Shown: piece by piece, positions 36,001 through 51,102 of the stretch
Numbering within the stretch: position 1 is the stretch's first letter
Layout of the letters: every line of letters starts with the position of its first letter
Assembly (NCBI RefSeq): GCF_006345805.1
Contig: NC_042997.1
Location: 54,808,001 to 54,872,000 of the forward strand
DNA from: Octopus sinensis
Lineage: Eukaryota
Length of the DNA: 64,000 bases
Direction: 5' to 3'
The notes under the pieces: model-generated
Seen by the model: only the letters and a program-made list of their open reading frames with translations
What the model was told of the DNA's origin: nothing
Database searches by the model: none
Position numbers and translations under genes: made by a program

Positions 36001-37264
36001 TTAAGCAATAACAATCAGTTATACATATAAAAAAAAAAAAGAACCCTCCCAGTCATTATAGTGTAGGAAAATATCATACACTGTCAATCTTATAATTGCT
36101 AAGTATTTTGTGAAGAAATTTTATTTGAAAAAAAGGAAGTAATGGATTTATCTAATCAGTTTAATCTTCTTTCTTCACCATGACCTATAAATCTTATCTT
36201 CAGCAAATGTTGTCTTTCTTACATTTCATGGGGTAGTTCCTTTAGTTTTCAAAGAGACCCACACATGATGCTATTTTAGTGTTTGGGTTGGGTAAGAGTT
36301 TCACTTAGAATACTCTGTTTCAACTAATTTTATTGAGATTCTTTTATATTGGCAAGTATTCCTTGTGTATTGTGTGTGCATGTTTTTGCATGTTTGTTGT
36401 TTTAAAGTTTTATGTAAGAAAATATTTTTGGATTTCTTTGTCAGTTTAATAAAAGAATTTTGGCATGTGGTGTATACTTTAATGTTGGTTCACCAGGCAT
36501 TTCATACAGTTTTCAGTTTATTGTAGTTGACTTGAATGGATTTTTTGTTGCTAGAGCTGTTTTATTTGACATGGGTTGTACATCTGAATAAGAAGAAAAG
36601 TAAAGTTCAGGAATGACCACCAACTTATAGATCAAGCTTTATTCTAAATATAGTTTTTACTTTTGGTTCCCCTACTTTTAAGTAATGATGACAGAATGGA
36701 AAACTCTGAGATTTCAAAACTTATGCATAATGTCTTCTAATAGCTTGCAGTAGAATCACTGTTTTGTTTGAAAAATCTATCCTTGTAAAAAGCATACAAA
36801 AACAAAATTTCTCAAGTGATTAGAAATTCTTGTTTCTCATATTTTAGGAAGGCTTTTAACAGTTTGGTGCTGAGGCATGCTTTCAGGAATGATATGTTAC
36901 TATATTCAGAACCCAAAGAAATCTAGTAAAAATGAATTTAAAAAACTTAAATTTTTTTCAATAGTGTAAATGACTTTTTGATAATCATTTACTAATTACA
37001 TAAAGAAATATTTATTGATATATAACACTAAGAAACAAGTTTTGTTCACCTGAATTTTTTCTTGTGTCTATATGTATCTTTTGGTATTGAGCTAGAAAAA
37101 ATCATCTTGTATTCTGTCATCAATGTTTCCAAAAATAGTTTTAATTTGTATTTAGTCTTTTTATAATGCAACCTTTTAAAATAGTATGAGTGTTGAAAAT
37201 TATATTTTTCTTGTGTGAATACTTTTATCTTTTGTAATTAGAGACTATTTGTAGTCTTCCATCA

Positions 37265-38560
<1,296 letters not shown>

Positions 38561-38582
38561 TATGATTTTAGTTATATAAAAT

Positions 38583-38890
38583 ACTAGCAGTATCGCCCGG
38601 CGTTGCTTGGGTTTGTAAGGGAAATAACTATATAAGCATTTTTAGAGAGTTACTTCCCTTATATAAACCGAGCAAAAAATTCATTAAAAATCTGAAAAAA
38701 TGATGGTAAATTTTTTTTTAAAATCGTAGACTCATTGTAGACGCATGCTAATACCCAGAAGGGCTCAATATGAATCACGACTATAAGATACCCGCTTTTG
38801 GTTAAACTGCATCGCAAAATGTGGGAGTAGTTAGGAATCTAAATTGGAGGAGACAGACTCTCACACAACTTCAGTTTTATATATAAAGAT
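38583..38890 (+). mobile_element. Non-autonomous Helitron-like (HINE/DINE-type) element
   Basis: Starts actagcagtatcgcccggcgttgc and ends acacaacttcagttttatatataaagat, within T-rich flanks. Confidence 0.7.
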
Positions 38891-40390
38891 TATTTTAGAT
38901 ATATAGGTGGAGGAAATTTTCACTACTGTGACTCACCAAAAAATAAATATTGGAATTCGGAATATTGATGATGGAGAAAAACTAACATTTTGAAATCAGT
39001 ACCCTATCATGCTAAACAAAAGTGTTACCAAGTTTTTTAAGTAGTGTAATCGTTCTTATTTTTCTATGGGTGAGATTTTCTCTTTTTTATTTGTAGCAAC
39101 CTTTACCAGACCAGAGTGAAAAACTAGACTAAATATCACTGGTCAGTCTCTATTTTTTAAGCACTTCCTATTTTACTGAGATTGAATTCTTTCCCCTTTA
39201 CTGCCACTTTTAATTAAATTTGTCTTTTTTTTTTTTTAAATGTATGTTTGCAAATGTTTGCAGACTCTAATGTATATCTTTTTACTGTGAGTTCCAAGTC
39301 TAGCTTTTGGTAGTTTGGCTTAGATAGACAATGGAATGGAATTTAATGATACAAGTTTATTCACTTGTTAAGTGAATGGCATAGTCATGCATTATACAAA
39401 AAGTAATTTTTAAAATGCAATTTCTAAGAGTTGCAAATATTTTATATTATTGATGTAAAAGAATAATTGTTTCTACTTAAAATCTGAGAAATATAAATTT
39501 CAATTTTTTTTTTTTTTAGTTTCTGAGTTTTTACTTTTTTTATATACCTAAAATACAGAATACATTTTGACCAAAACATAAGAAAAATTCCCATAAATAT
39601 TTTTCAAAGATAATATCTTAGTATTATTAAACCATTTTAAATTGCTAGGATCTTATTTATTTCAACCTCTGCTACAGCTCCCATGACTTACTTCCACTCT
39701 CCCATTTAATATCTCCAGTTTTCAGTTTCTTTTTTAAATCCATTTTCATTGTGTATCCTTATCGATGATTTTAATTTCCAGTTAAGCACATCATATTCAC
39801 TTTGCTGATTCTTAGCTTTTGCAAACCTTAATTGAATATTTACATTTCAGTTTTGTACAATTTCTCATAACATACAATAGTAGAACCCTATTTAACAGTT
39901 AAATGAAGAAACTGTCCTAATTAATGTAGTTTTACATCAGAAATGCAGAAATTCAAGAACTTTCAGATTATTTGGGTGTGTTGTTCAAGTATTTTTTTCG
40001 TATATTTCATAGTAATAAAAGATTTTAAAAATATGTTTACTCTTCAACAATATATTTGAAATATGAACCACATTTTACATTTCTCTTTTTCATTGCATGC
40101 ACTTATCTATAGTAGCAAAGTTCTTTGTCTAAGATTCTCAGAACTTGCATACTTTGTCTTATGTTAGTCCATATCCGTTGTAAATTGTTTGAACTTTCCA
40201 AGTTTGCATAATGTTGTATCAAATTATTTTATGGTAATTTCCTTCTTTTGTTGTTAATTTTCATTGACTTTTTGATTGTCCACCACTTGTTTGGCACTCT
40301 GATGATCCAAATTAAAAAGGCTGGGATAAGTTAATTTATCTGAATGTGATTCAAATAAATCATCAAAACCAAGCTCTCTTCTGTTGATAG

Positions 40391-40575
40391 TCATCATTTA
40401 ACATCTGTCTTCCATTCTGGCATGACGTTGAACAGTTTCACAGGAGCTGGCAAGCCAGAGAGCTGCATCACCCTCCATTGTCTGCTTTGGCATACTTTCT
40501 ACAGCTGGATGCCCTTTCTAATGCCAACCACTATATGGAGTGTACTGAGTGCTTTTTATGTGACACCAGCAGAGT
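40391..40575 (-). mobile_element. RTE LINE 3' end
   Basis: Collinear with 27964-28100. Confidence 0.7.
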
Positions 40576-41614
40576 CACCAAGTAACTTGCAAAATGAAGA
40601 TCCCTTGGTTGGGAAAGGGAGTGGATCTGAGGGAGGTAGCTTTGTGCTGGTTGAGAGGTTAAAGTATAATATAGGGATAGATAGGTGTCTTACTATAGAA
40701 GAGATACTTGGTTACCCCAGTTGGAAAAGAAGAGAAAAGAAAGAGAGATAGAAAGATACATAGACAGACTGAAAGAGAGAGAGAGATGCAGATAGTGTTG
40801 GAGATGCATTGAAACATACCCACAAGGTATAGAGTAAGGCTGTTTCATAAGAGTGTGAGGGGAAATGTTTAGTGATGGGGAAGAGGTGACTGTAGCAAGT
40901 GATGATAAGTTGGAAGGATGGGGTATGGTAGATACTATGTGAAGGCATGAAGAATGTGCATGTAGACATGTAAGGGAGAGTGGAGGAGCCTGCTGCATGT
41001 GGTAATCATAGGCAGTGGGAGTAGGGAAGATGGGTTTTAACACAGGACAAATGATGTGTGTGTGTGTGTTTGTGTATTTGAAGGGATGTGGCCTTAAAGG
41101 ATGTGCCTGTATGTATGGCCATGATTTTAGTTAGCTTGACATGTCTTCTCAAGCACAGCAAATTGCCAGAAGTCTTAGTCCCTTGTCACCTCCATGAGGC
41201 TCAGCATCTGAAAATTATTTTCGATCACTTAGTCCCACATCTTTCTGGGTTTTCCTCTTCTGCAGGTTCCCTCCACAATTAGAGATTGGCATTTCTTTAT
41301 GTGGCTGTCCCCATCCTTACATATCATCTGATCATACCAACTCAGTGTTCTCTCTCACACATATTTTCACACCACTCACTAAGTGCATTGAGATGACCAA
41401 GGCTCTTGTTTAAAATTGAAAATATCATTTGTCTTCAAGTGCTTTGCTTGCTCATACTTCTTATTAAAACACCAGTGTATTGATAGCATGCATTGTACTT
41501 AAACATAGGTTTTGAATTGAAGTTACCATCAGTACTTTCTCTTACAGAAGTGTTAGTGATCCTTCAACAATTTAAACATGTTGCAATTTTTTGGCAAAGG
41601 AGACACCCTAGAAA

Positions 41615-42090
41615 GATGCAACTATAGAAGAATCAAGCTATTAGATCAGATTATAAAGGTCACAGAGGAAGTCATAACACAATTGATCTGTAACAGAGTA
41701 GACCTAGAGGAGATGCAGTTTAACTTCATAACCAGATGAGGCACCACAGATATAGTCTTTCTAGTGGGACTACTGCAGAAATACTTAACTAGGAATAAAT
41801 CACTATTCCTGGCTTTCATTGACTTGGAGAAGGCATTTGACAAGGTACCACATTCAGTAATTTGGTGGCCACCGAGGAAACAAATAGCTTATGAGGGCTG
41901 TACTAGGTAAATACAAAGATGCTGTGAATAAAGAGTTCACAATTTCAATAATGAATTTAGCATGAAGATAGTTCATCAGGGTTCAGTCCTCAGTCCTTTC
42001 CTAATCATCATAGTCATCACAGAGGAGTTTAAAACTGGATATCTGTCGGAATTCCTATATACTGATGATCTAGTTCTTATAGCTGAATCT
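41615..42090 (+). mobile_element. RTE reverse transcriptase fragment
   Basis: NYRRIKLLDQ..MQFNF..LFLAFIDLEKAFDKVP..VHQGSVLSPFL..FLYTDDLVLIAES. Confidence 0.85.
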
Positions 42091-42895
42091 TTAATTATCA
42101 CAATTTTTTGATGTGGGGTCAATGGTATCTACTAATCCCATCCCTTAATTTGTGGCCATTTCAAAAAAAAAAAATTTCTGCTGCAGTTTTGTCTTCGGTT
42201 ATGACCTCACTTATTACATGAATACTGTGAGTTCTTACTGAAGCTTTGAATCTGTAAAATCAATTACAGTTAGCAGTTTCTGCTAGAATCTCATTTTCTT
42301 TCATTGTAGAGATGATACAGCTTGCATTTTAATGGTCATGGTACTTAGTGGAATTAATTTTTTATAATCTTTCACCCACAAAAACAAAAAAAAATAATTC
42401 TCCATTTCAATTATGATACTACTTCTAATCCTTATTTGTTGATGCATATTTATCCTTTCCCTTACAATCATATGTGTTATAACTGTTCACAGTTCCATTC
42501 ATTTCTAATTTTCACACTGTTTCTGCTTTACTTCCCCACATTAATGCCTTTTTATAATTTCCAATTTATCATCTTGTTTTGATAAAAACTGACAAAATTT
42601 TTGTCAATCTTTCTCTTATCCATAGTTATCGAGATTGGTTTATGTTAGTGTATATTATTGTGCTAATTGAAGCTTGGCCATCCACTAAAAGTCAAACTAG
42701 GCTGGAAGTTATAATTCATGTAAAATGGCAGCTGACTACCATACTACTGCTTTTGAATGAATTGCTCTATTTCACTGTTTTAGGTTTATGATCTTTATTA
42801 AGTTTTTGTCTATGTTTATGTACAATATTTTAAGTATTTGTTGTCCATTTATAAACAATCTTTTTGTTTAGATTCAAGACATACTTTAACAAATA

Positions 42896-43215
42896 CAGGT
42901 GCAGTATGGCCAAATGGTTAAGAAGTTTGCTTGATAGCCACTAGATCTTGTGATTATCCCACTGCATGGTATTTTGGGAAAATATTTTCTATGGCCTTGT
43001 ATTGACCCCTACTTTGTGAGTGAAATTGGGTCAATGGTCATTGTATAAAAGCTTGTCAGATGAATTATAGTTGTAATTCAAAGGTACAACCTTATCACTC
43101 ACTGAATCCTGATGATTCTGCCTGAGAAATATATTGAAGACGTGTGTCAAGAATGCTTAGCACCCTGCATGCTAATTCAGTGAAGAGGTAATTCAGTTGA
43201 TCTATCAACTGAATT
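42896..43215 (+). mobile_element. Old tRNA-derived SINE
   Basis: Head caggtgcagtatggccaaatggttaagaag. The 3' part resembles the body of the 18992-19348 SINE. Confidence 0.55.
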
Positions 43216-43600
43216 GTAATCATAAAAATAATTAAAACTAGACAGAGAGTCATTCATTCACCCATCCATCCAGTAGTTTCTTCTAACAACAGAGCCCTTT
43301 CTGTAACATACGTAGGAGTTTTCTAAACTTCCAGTTTGATATATCATTAACTCCTTTGTAAATGAAGCAGACCTTACCAACTGCATTCAAAGAAAATATC
43401 ATTTACTACTGTCAGTCTATCTGAAATATTTGTATTACTGTTTCAGGATTGATTTATTCCTGATCTTTTTCTGCCCGCTGAAGAAAGTTATTTTCCTTTT
43501 GTTAGTAGACTTTAAGTGGGCTCATATTTACATTTTTCTTTTGAGTACTTTCTCCTAAATGTCAAAATTTTGCAGATATTTTAGTTGATTTATAGTAGAA

Positions 43601-43685
43601 CACACTTGCCCAAAGTGCCATGCAGTGGGACTGAACCCACAACCATGTGGATGGGAAGCAAACTTTTATTACACAGCCATGCCTG
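43601..43685 (-). mobile_element. SINE head
   Basis: Reverse complement of the 26571-type tRNA-like head. Confidence 0.75.
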
Positions 43686-44077
43686 TGTCTATTGCTTAAC
43701 ACTCATTAGTACTCCTGTAATTCCCTCTCCTAAGTAAATAAACTAATAATCATGCAATGGCATACAATATCCCTCTTTAAGTAAATAAAATCCTATCCTG
43801 TGGTTATATTTACTATTAACTCTCTTATCATTATAACTGTATTATTTAAAAATCTTTTCCATCCAGCATTAGGGTGTTGTCTTTAATATTTAATTTCCTT
43901 TTCTTCAATCTTTCCATTTTAGATTCTTTTATTTATTTATTTATTTATTCATTCATTCATACTTCATAAGAGCATTCTCTGACCTCAGTGATTTTCCTCC
44001 ACAAATGCAGGACTTGAAACATTATTTATGACAACTCTGCTTGCTTTACCAAATAAAGGGTTGTTTTTTTGTTTGTT

Positions 44078-44362
44078 CCCTCTTGAGTCACACCTGGCTC
44101 ATAAGGGCTGGTTCCCTTGGCATATAGGTTCCCCACCTGGTCGGGATGCCAGTCCGTCGCAGGTGAGCTGCAAGATGCAGGCGGAAAGAGTGAGAGAAAG
44201 TTGTGGCAAAAGAGTCAGCAGAAGTTCGCCATTACCTTCTGCCAGAGCCGTGTGGAACTTAGGTGTTTCACTCATAAACACACACATTGCCTGGTCTGAG
44301 ATTCAAACCCACAATCTCTCGACTGCGAGTCCGCCGCTCTAACCACTAGACTATGTACCTCC
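44078..44362 (-). mobile_element. tRNA-derived SINE with a V-domain-like 3' part
   Basis: Head shared with 18992-19348, followed by cctgcgacggactggcatcccgaccagg. Confidence 0.75.
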
Positions 44363-44681
44363 ACTAAATAAAGGGTTAAATATTGAATTAAATCAGATTT
44401 CATTGGGGTTAGAAATTTGAATGAGTAATATGGAGTCAGTATCTTTTACTTGTGCCATAGTTATGCATTTGGGCATGAATTTTTAGCTTATATACAACAT
44501 TTTTCTCATACTGTATATTATGGTTTGAGAGATTGACTGTCTGTCTATTTAGTAATGCTGATATTGTTTTTAAGTTATTGTAGTTTTTTCTTTCCTTTTT
44601 TTTTAATTGAATGATGATATTTATGCCCTCAGGATTTCTCTTACTGTTTTATATAACTGCAATTGTTAATATAGAAATGTT

Positions 44682-44840
44682 GGTAAGTGTGTGGCTGTGT
44701 GGTTAAGAAGCTTGTTTCCCAACCATGTGGTTTTGGGTTCAGTCTTAGTGTGTAGCTTTTGGGTAAGTTATTCTACTATAGCTCTAGAATAACAAGTCAT
44801 GTGAATGGATTTTGAAGATGGAAACTGAAAGAAGCTTGTG
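44682..44840 (+). mobile_element. SINE 5' half
   Basis: gtggctgtgtggttaagaagcttgtttcccaaccatgtgg..ggaaactgaaagaagc. Confidence 0.75.
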
Positions 44841-45563
44841 TGTGAATTTTTACGCACTATTTGTCCAATAATAGGTGGAGCTCTTGAATGGCTGCATCCC
44901 TCAAGCTGGAACTAATAGGAGAATAGAAGAATAATATAGCTGACTAATTTACCAATTATATATCCTAGAATTAGGAGCAAGTCTTACACAAATATTAAAG
45001 CTAGAACCTTTGGTTCAGAAGCCAAAAAGCTGTTGGTAATGTTGATCAATTTGATTAATAGTGTTTAGTGATATGCCAAGAATGAAGATTGAATTGCTAA
45101 TTTAACTATTTCTCTTGTAAATAGTGAATAATCTGACTCAATATATTCTATTATTGGTTTGGGACAAACCAATAGTCTTCAAGTCCATAGTTAGTCATCA
45201 AATCCAGTACTTATTTTATTTTGGTATTTAATTTTATATGTTTCTATTTAGCAAACCACATAGAGATAATTATATATTATTGGCTTACTTTATAATTTAA
45301 ATGAAAATTAGTAATCTAAATTATTGATGTGTATCTATATTTTTTGCATTGCTTGCAGTTTGGATTGTTGCTAATTCTGCAAATGATTGTGGCATGATTG
45401 TGCAGAGCAACACAGTACTTTGTAACACACACATATTTCATTTCTTTGCTTCGTTTAAATTTTGATGAACTGATTTCTTCATTTTTCTGTTGAATTTTAA
45501 AAAAAAACCTTTTGAAAATCATTAGAACAGATTCATTTTTACTCTTTTATTTATCTTTGATAG

Positions 45564-45674
45564 ATTTTTGTGAAATAACAGAATTGAGTAAAATTGAAGG
45601 TGAAGCGACTGCCAACAACAGGAAAGCAAAATTGATTTTCTTTTATGAATGGGATATTAAACTTGAATGGTCTG
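45564..45674 (+). CDS. AHSA1: AHSA1 coding exon 3
   Basis: tttgatag| ... |gtaaat. Translates (Y)FCEITELSKIEGEATANNRKAKLIFFYEWDIKLEWS(G), containing the RKxK motif. Confidence 0.95.
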
Positions 45675-45919
45675 GTAAATATTTTCTTCATTTTTTTTCT
45701 TTTTTATTGTCCTAGAAGGAAAGATGATGACACGATTGATTAAGAGCCGGAATGAATACTTTATAGCATCCTAAGCTTAATGTCTTACTGTTTATAGTTG
45801 GAATTTCACCAGAGCTGACTTTGCTTTTCATGATCTGTGATTGTTACAATAGGTATCATTGAAATATTAATTCAGTCATTCAATCATACTACATTCATTA
45901 AAATATTGATCTTGTACAG

Positions 45920-46810
45920 GCCTTGTACCGAGATGCTATCAAGAACATGAGGGTCAGTAACAAGTTCAGCAAAGAATTTAGCATACGGGTTCATCAAGGC
46001 TCATTTCTCGGCCCACTCCTATTTATAATTGTTCACCAGGCCGTGACTGAAGAATTTAAGACTCGTTTGTGGGAACTTCTGTATGCTGATCACCTATTTT
46101 TCACAGTTTAATTTGTTGAAGAATTAGAGAAGAAATTCCAAAAGTGGAAACAAAATTTAGAATCAAGAGTTCTTAAAGTAAATCTAGCAGGGGCTAAAAT
46201 TTTAGTTTGCAGGAAAGGAAAAGATGGAAATTCCATATGGTATACTCAATGTAAATTATGGAATCACAAGAAGTACATTAAGATCACAGGCAGGTTGAGA
46301 GTGAAAGACTTAGTATCTAATAAGAGTGCTGGAGTAGTTAGCAATAAGAGTACATGTAAAATAATTGGTAGCTGCTGTTGCCTATGTAACCTAATTAGTA
46401 GTGAGGAGGATATTCTGAAAGCTAAGTAACCTTGTTGGAATGAGTTTGAAAAGCATCAGTGAGTTATTACCTTTGCTGACAGCAGAGCAATTCTTTCACT
46501 AGTAAAGAGCAGATTGTTTGATGCTTGTCTGATCTTCAAGAAAATGAAAGCTGGGCACAGAATGTGTGAAGGTTGTAAAAAATTTAGGTGTATGTCCTCC
46601 ACTGGATGTTAATAAGTATGGATGATAAAATACAAAGGAACTTGAAGAAAAACTGTGTGTAAGAGGAATCATGTGTAGGAGAAAAGCCAGACCTGGTACA
46701 GGCATGTAATGCATGTGTAAAAATGTGCCACATAATACAAATGAAAGGAAGACAAGGGAAAATTGTACTGCAGAAGACTTATCTAACCCATGCCAGCATG
46801 GAAAAGCTAA
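45920..46810 (+). mobile_element. RTE 3' portion (RT motifs, PHD remnant, tail)
   Basis: VHQGSFLGPLLF, LYADH, LKVNLA and GNSIWYTQCKLWNHKK, then the RTE 3' UTR ctaacccatgccagcatggaaa. Confidence 0.8.
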
Positions 46811-46924
46811 CTTGTTTTCTCCAAGTTGAAGAGTTTTTGAAAATTGTCATACCAACTTTGTTGACTAATGAAATAGTTATATTTTTTTTCTTCTTCACAA
46901 ACAAACATTTTCTTCTTTATTTAG

Positions 46925-47010
46925 GAAAATATAAAACAAGTAATAATAAATTTAAAGGCAAAGCTGAAGTCCTAAATTTAAGTGAAGAAAATACTGAAGA
47001 TGAATTGGAT
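46925..47010 (+). CDS. AHSA1: AHSA1 coding exon 4
   Basis: tatttag| ... |gtgagt. Translates (G)KYKTSNNKFKGKAEVLNLSEENTEDELD. Confidence 0.93.
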
Positions 47011-49144
47011 GTGAGTGTTACATTATTGTTCTTATTTTCAGAATGAAGACCATTTATTAAAGTATTGGTTTTGCTATTCATGTTTGATAGGGGTGGTTAT
47101 CGCAAATTTTGACTTAGTTTTTCCTTATTACCACTACCCAATTATGAGAATATATGAAATAGAGTTATCTACCTTACTAAGTAGTTGAACTTGGTGTCTG
47201 ACAAGTGTACTTAATTAACTTCACCAGCATTGTTCTGTAATTTTTTAATACACACATCCTTATACAAATAATACTGCCTTTGATTCTTTAACCTTTATGT
47301 GTCATCCACACATGATCTAAATACACTTGATTTGATATCTACCTAGTTTGTTTTAAATTTTAAACACTCCTGTAGAAAATTTTTTATCTACTAGGTATAT
47401 GATTGAAGTTTTTAATTCACTATATTACAAATGTGAGACTCATTCTTATTTTGTCTACAAACAAACATATCAAAAGATCTTCTGAATTAATTTCCCTCAA
47501 CCTTATTGTTGATATTCATAATCAGCATGACTGCATTCCTTCTATTATCACATAAATTGATTACTTTCAGTCTTTCCCAAAAGTGAGTATGGTCCTACTG
47601 GGTCAGCAAAATATGCTTTGCTGAGAAGATCTAATAAAGCCAAAACATTACCAGTTGGCTATCCACGCTTGTCTGCATTGTCTACATTGTCTAAAATATT
47701 TTCCTTCAGTCATATTGTTGTTATATTTACTCTTGTCTCTAAAACAGAGTCCTTGAAAACCTTCTGCAACAAGGTACAAGATGTAGTCTTCTTAACAGTA
47801 CAGAAAGATTATTATACATATTTATAAAAAAAAACCGTCTTTCAAAATATTTCTGAAGCAAGAACGACACTACTAAAGCCCTCAAAGTAACTATAAATGC
47901 CAGGCTGTAGTTGATTTTCTTGTCTAATATTATCTCATTAGCATTGGGTTTTTAAGTCTGAGATGCATTTTATTTATATATTCATTCACTTGTTTATTTA
48001 TTTCATTGTACAGTAAATTTTCATGCTAGAAAGTATATATTTTTCCAGAGCATACATCATATTAGGATGAAGGAAAGTCTTCATTGTTTTTTGCATTTTT
48101 TACTTGTGTTAAAAATCTTCATAAATTATATAATTTGATTTTGGCACACAATATTTTCCCTCACTACTTTTACACTTTTAATTCGTTGATGGGAATATTT
48201 AGTCAATTTTATTCCTCAAAACTGTAGTAACAATATTCATTGTGTTGTTATTGTTTAGAATTACTGTTTTGTTTTTCTTTCCAGTTCTACTTGACATCCT
48301 TTTTTGTGTTGTGTCTTACCATTCTACGTGTATAGTCTAATTTTTCAAAGGTTTGGAGAACACATTTGAAAAATAGAAAAACCCTATCCTAAAAGGTTTA
48401 ACCATTGTAATCTCAATGTGCTTGAAACTTTTCATACATATTTAAATAAAATCTCATTTTAATGAATGATAATTTCAGTTGAGCAATACCATCATAATTT
48501 ACCATTTCATAGTTATAGATAATTTGCTAAAATATTTCAAAATTGTATTAATTGAAACTTATAAGCTGTCTACTCATCAAAATTATAGTCACTGTGTAGA
48601 TCACGATATACTAAATCTTCAGTTTTTTTCTTTGTTGGTTTGAATAGAATATATTGTTTAGATTTTTAATGGACCATATATCCAGTAATAGATATATAAA
48701 AAGACATTTCCCAGTACATTCACAACACACCTGATGACTTTATAGTCTGTAGATTATGCATGGTTCCTTGTAATGTCAGTTAACTTTCCCATGTGATGAG
48801 TTGGACCCAGCATTGCTAACTACTAAAACTACTCTGTTGTCAACAGTGAAGTAAGCTAAGCTGAAGTGGCAAACGATAAAATTATTTTCACCTTATTCTG
48901 TGGTTGAAATTTAAGGGTGGAATAAAAGCACTAGTGCAGATATGTACTTTTTTCATCAGGTAGTTATCATTATTACATTAGTTTAGGAATGGTACTTTTT
49001 GATCACTGGTAACTTTGCTTTGTGAAGAGTTGAACCCAGCAAAACTATTTTGTTGCCAACAGTGAGCTGAGCCCCTCAAAATATGTTCTGTGATATAATG
49101 AGAGTACTTTGGTAAATAATGGAAAATTTAATATTTTCTTACAG

Positions 49145-49265
49145 ATAAATGTATCAGTTGAAGATAGTGGAGATGAAGCATATAAAGTGAAAGAATTCAT
49201 GCGTATTGAAGGTGTCAAAAAGATGCAGAAACAGCTTGGCATATACATTAGATCCTTGAAAGAAG
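49145..49265 (+). CDS. AHSA1: AHSA1 coding exon 5
   Basis: cttacag| ... |gtagtt. Translates INVSVEDSGDEAYKVKEFMRIEGVKKMQKQLGIYIRSLKE. Confidence 0.93.
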
Positions 49266-50380
49266 GTAGTTTACATATTCTTAATATAAATGGTCTGATT
49301 AAAAATGTTAATGTTCAAAATTAAAAGCATTCTCTTTTCTCTTTCTACTTTGGTAAGTTATTTGATGTAACTTGTTTATGAAGTCAAATACCACAGGGGT
49401 TGAAATTATGGTCGAGTTCATTCTCTTCATAAACAAGTTTTGTGCAAAAAAAAAAACAAATAAATAAAATCACATATTTCACTAGATCTAGTGAACAGCT
49501 AATAAGTAAAGACCTCTTTGACTTAATACTTTTGTTACATTATCTCTAACTAAAATACATGTCTTATGTGTGTCAGTTACATTCTGAAATAATCAAGTAC
49601 TTGATAGGTTTTGTAATACAACTATAACCCTTTTTGTTTATTGATATGGGAATGTTATTCTTAAATTAATCTATGACAGTTTAAAAAAAAAAATATTTTG
49701 ATTACTAGTAAATACTCGGAAATACATGAAATTATTAAACTTTTGTTTAAATGCCACCTGTATAAAATTAGTTTTCAATTGAGGTATATAACAATTGTAG
49801 TATTGAAGAATTCAGATCATTGGATTTTCAATTGAAATTAAATGTACATAATACAGGTTCACTGTAAAGATAAAATAGCATGAAGTTTATCTAAATGTTT
49901 GAAGAAAAAAGTAAATTTCAAATGCAGTTTAGCTCTGGAAACAGCAGAATGATTGGGCATTTTTACCCTTATAAGATGGCCAAGTAGGGTAACATATTTT
50001 AGAGTAACATGTTGACTGTAAGATGGTTTGAGAAAAGCTTAAAGTGAATGTAGCTCTAATTTTCAATTTTCATTTGTTGCACAGTGACCATCTTAAATGA
50101 AGAGGAACAACTTATTCTACTATCGCTGTATGATTGTTACATGTACATGTATAATATTTATAGGTTTTAGAAATAACTGTTTTCATAAATGTCTTAATGT
50201 CTGAGATAACTTGTATTTAATACTACTCCTTCTTCATGGAATAGCTATATACTCTGTACTCTCTCTTTCTTTGTGAAACTTTGGGTATTCTATGTTAAAT
50301 CAGCGTTAACAAAAATGTGTATGTGACAGAAGTCATTTGAATAATTCTAAATTAATAATAATAATTTTTGTTTCATTTAG

Positions 50381-50454
50381 AATATAGCCAAGGAATTATT
50401 TTACCTACCAAAGATAAAGCTGACAACAAAGATCAGAAAGTTCCTACTGTTCCA
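50381..50454 (+). CDS. AHSA1: AHSA1 coding exon 6
   Basis: catttag| ... |gtatgt. Translates (E)YSQGIILPTKDKADNKDQKVPTVP. Confidence 0.92.
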
Positions 50455-50648
50455 GTATGTATTCATATTTACTATTATAATTGTTCTTGAATTATTTTTT
50501 TCTTGAAAAGAGAAATTTTATATGTTTTAATTAGAATTTTATAATCTGGTTGTTCATATAAAACTTTAATATATAAAAGTAGCTATTACACATGAGAACC
50601 ACCTGCTTCAAGCTAAGAATTATATTCTTCACTACTGTGTATTTACAG

Positions 50649-50798
50649 AACAATGTAAAACGAGAAATGAATAAAACAATTAATGGTAATGAAACTAAAA
50701 AAATAGGTGATTCAAACTTTGACTGCATGACACTGAAGACCCACGAAGAGTTTGTTTGTTCTGCTGCAGATCTCTATCGTGTTTTCACCGTACCTGAG
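50649..50798 (+). CDS. AHSA1: AHSA1 coding exon 7
   Basis: tttacag| ... |gtatgt. Translates NNVKREMNK..LKTHEEFVCSAADLYRVFTVPE, the start of the START-like C domain. Confidence 0.92.
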
Positions 50799-50837
50799 GT
50801 ATGTATATTTTGTTTCTCTATATTCATTTCTTTTTTA

Positions 50838-51042
50838 TTCTTTTACTTGTTTCAGTCATTTGACTGCAGTCATGCTAGAGCACTGCCTTTAGTCAAATGA
50901 ACTGACCCCAGGACTTATGCTTTGTAAGTCTAGTACTTATTCTAAGGGTCTCTTTTGCCAAACCACTAAGTTATGGGGATGAAAACACACCAACATCGCT
51001 TGTCAAGTGACAGTGGAGGGACAAATGTAGACACACAAACAT

Positions 51043-51102
<60 letters not shown>

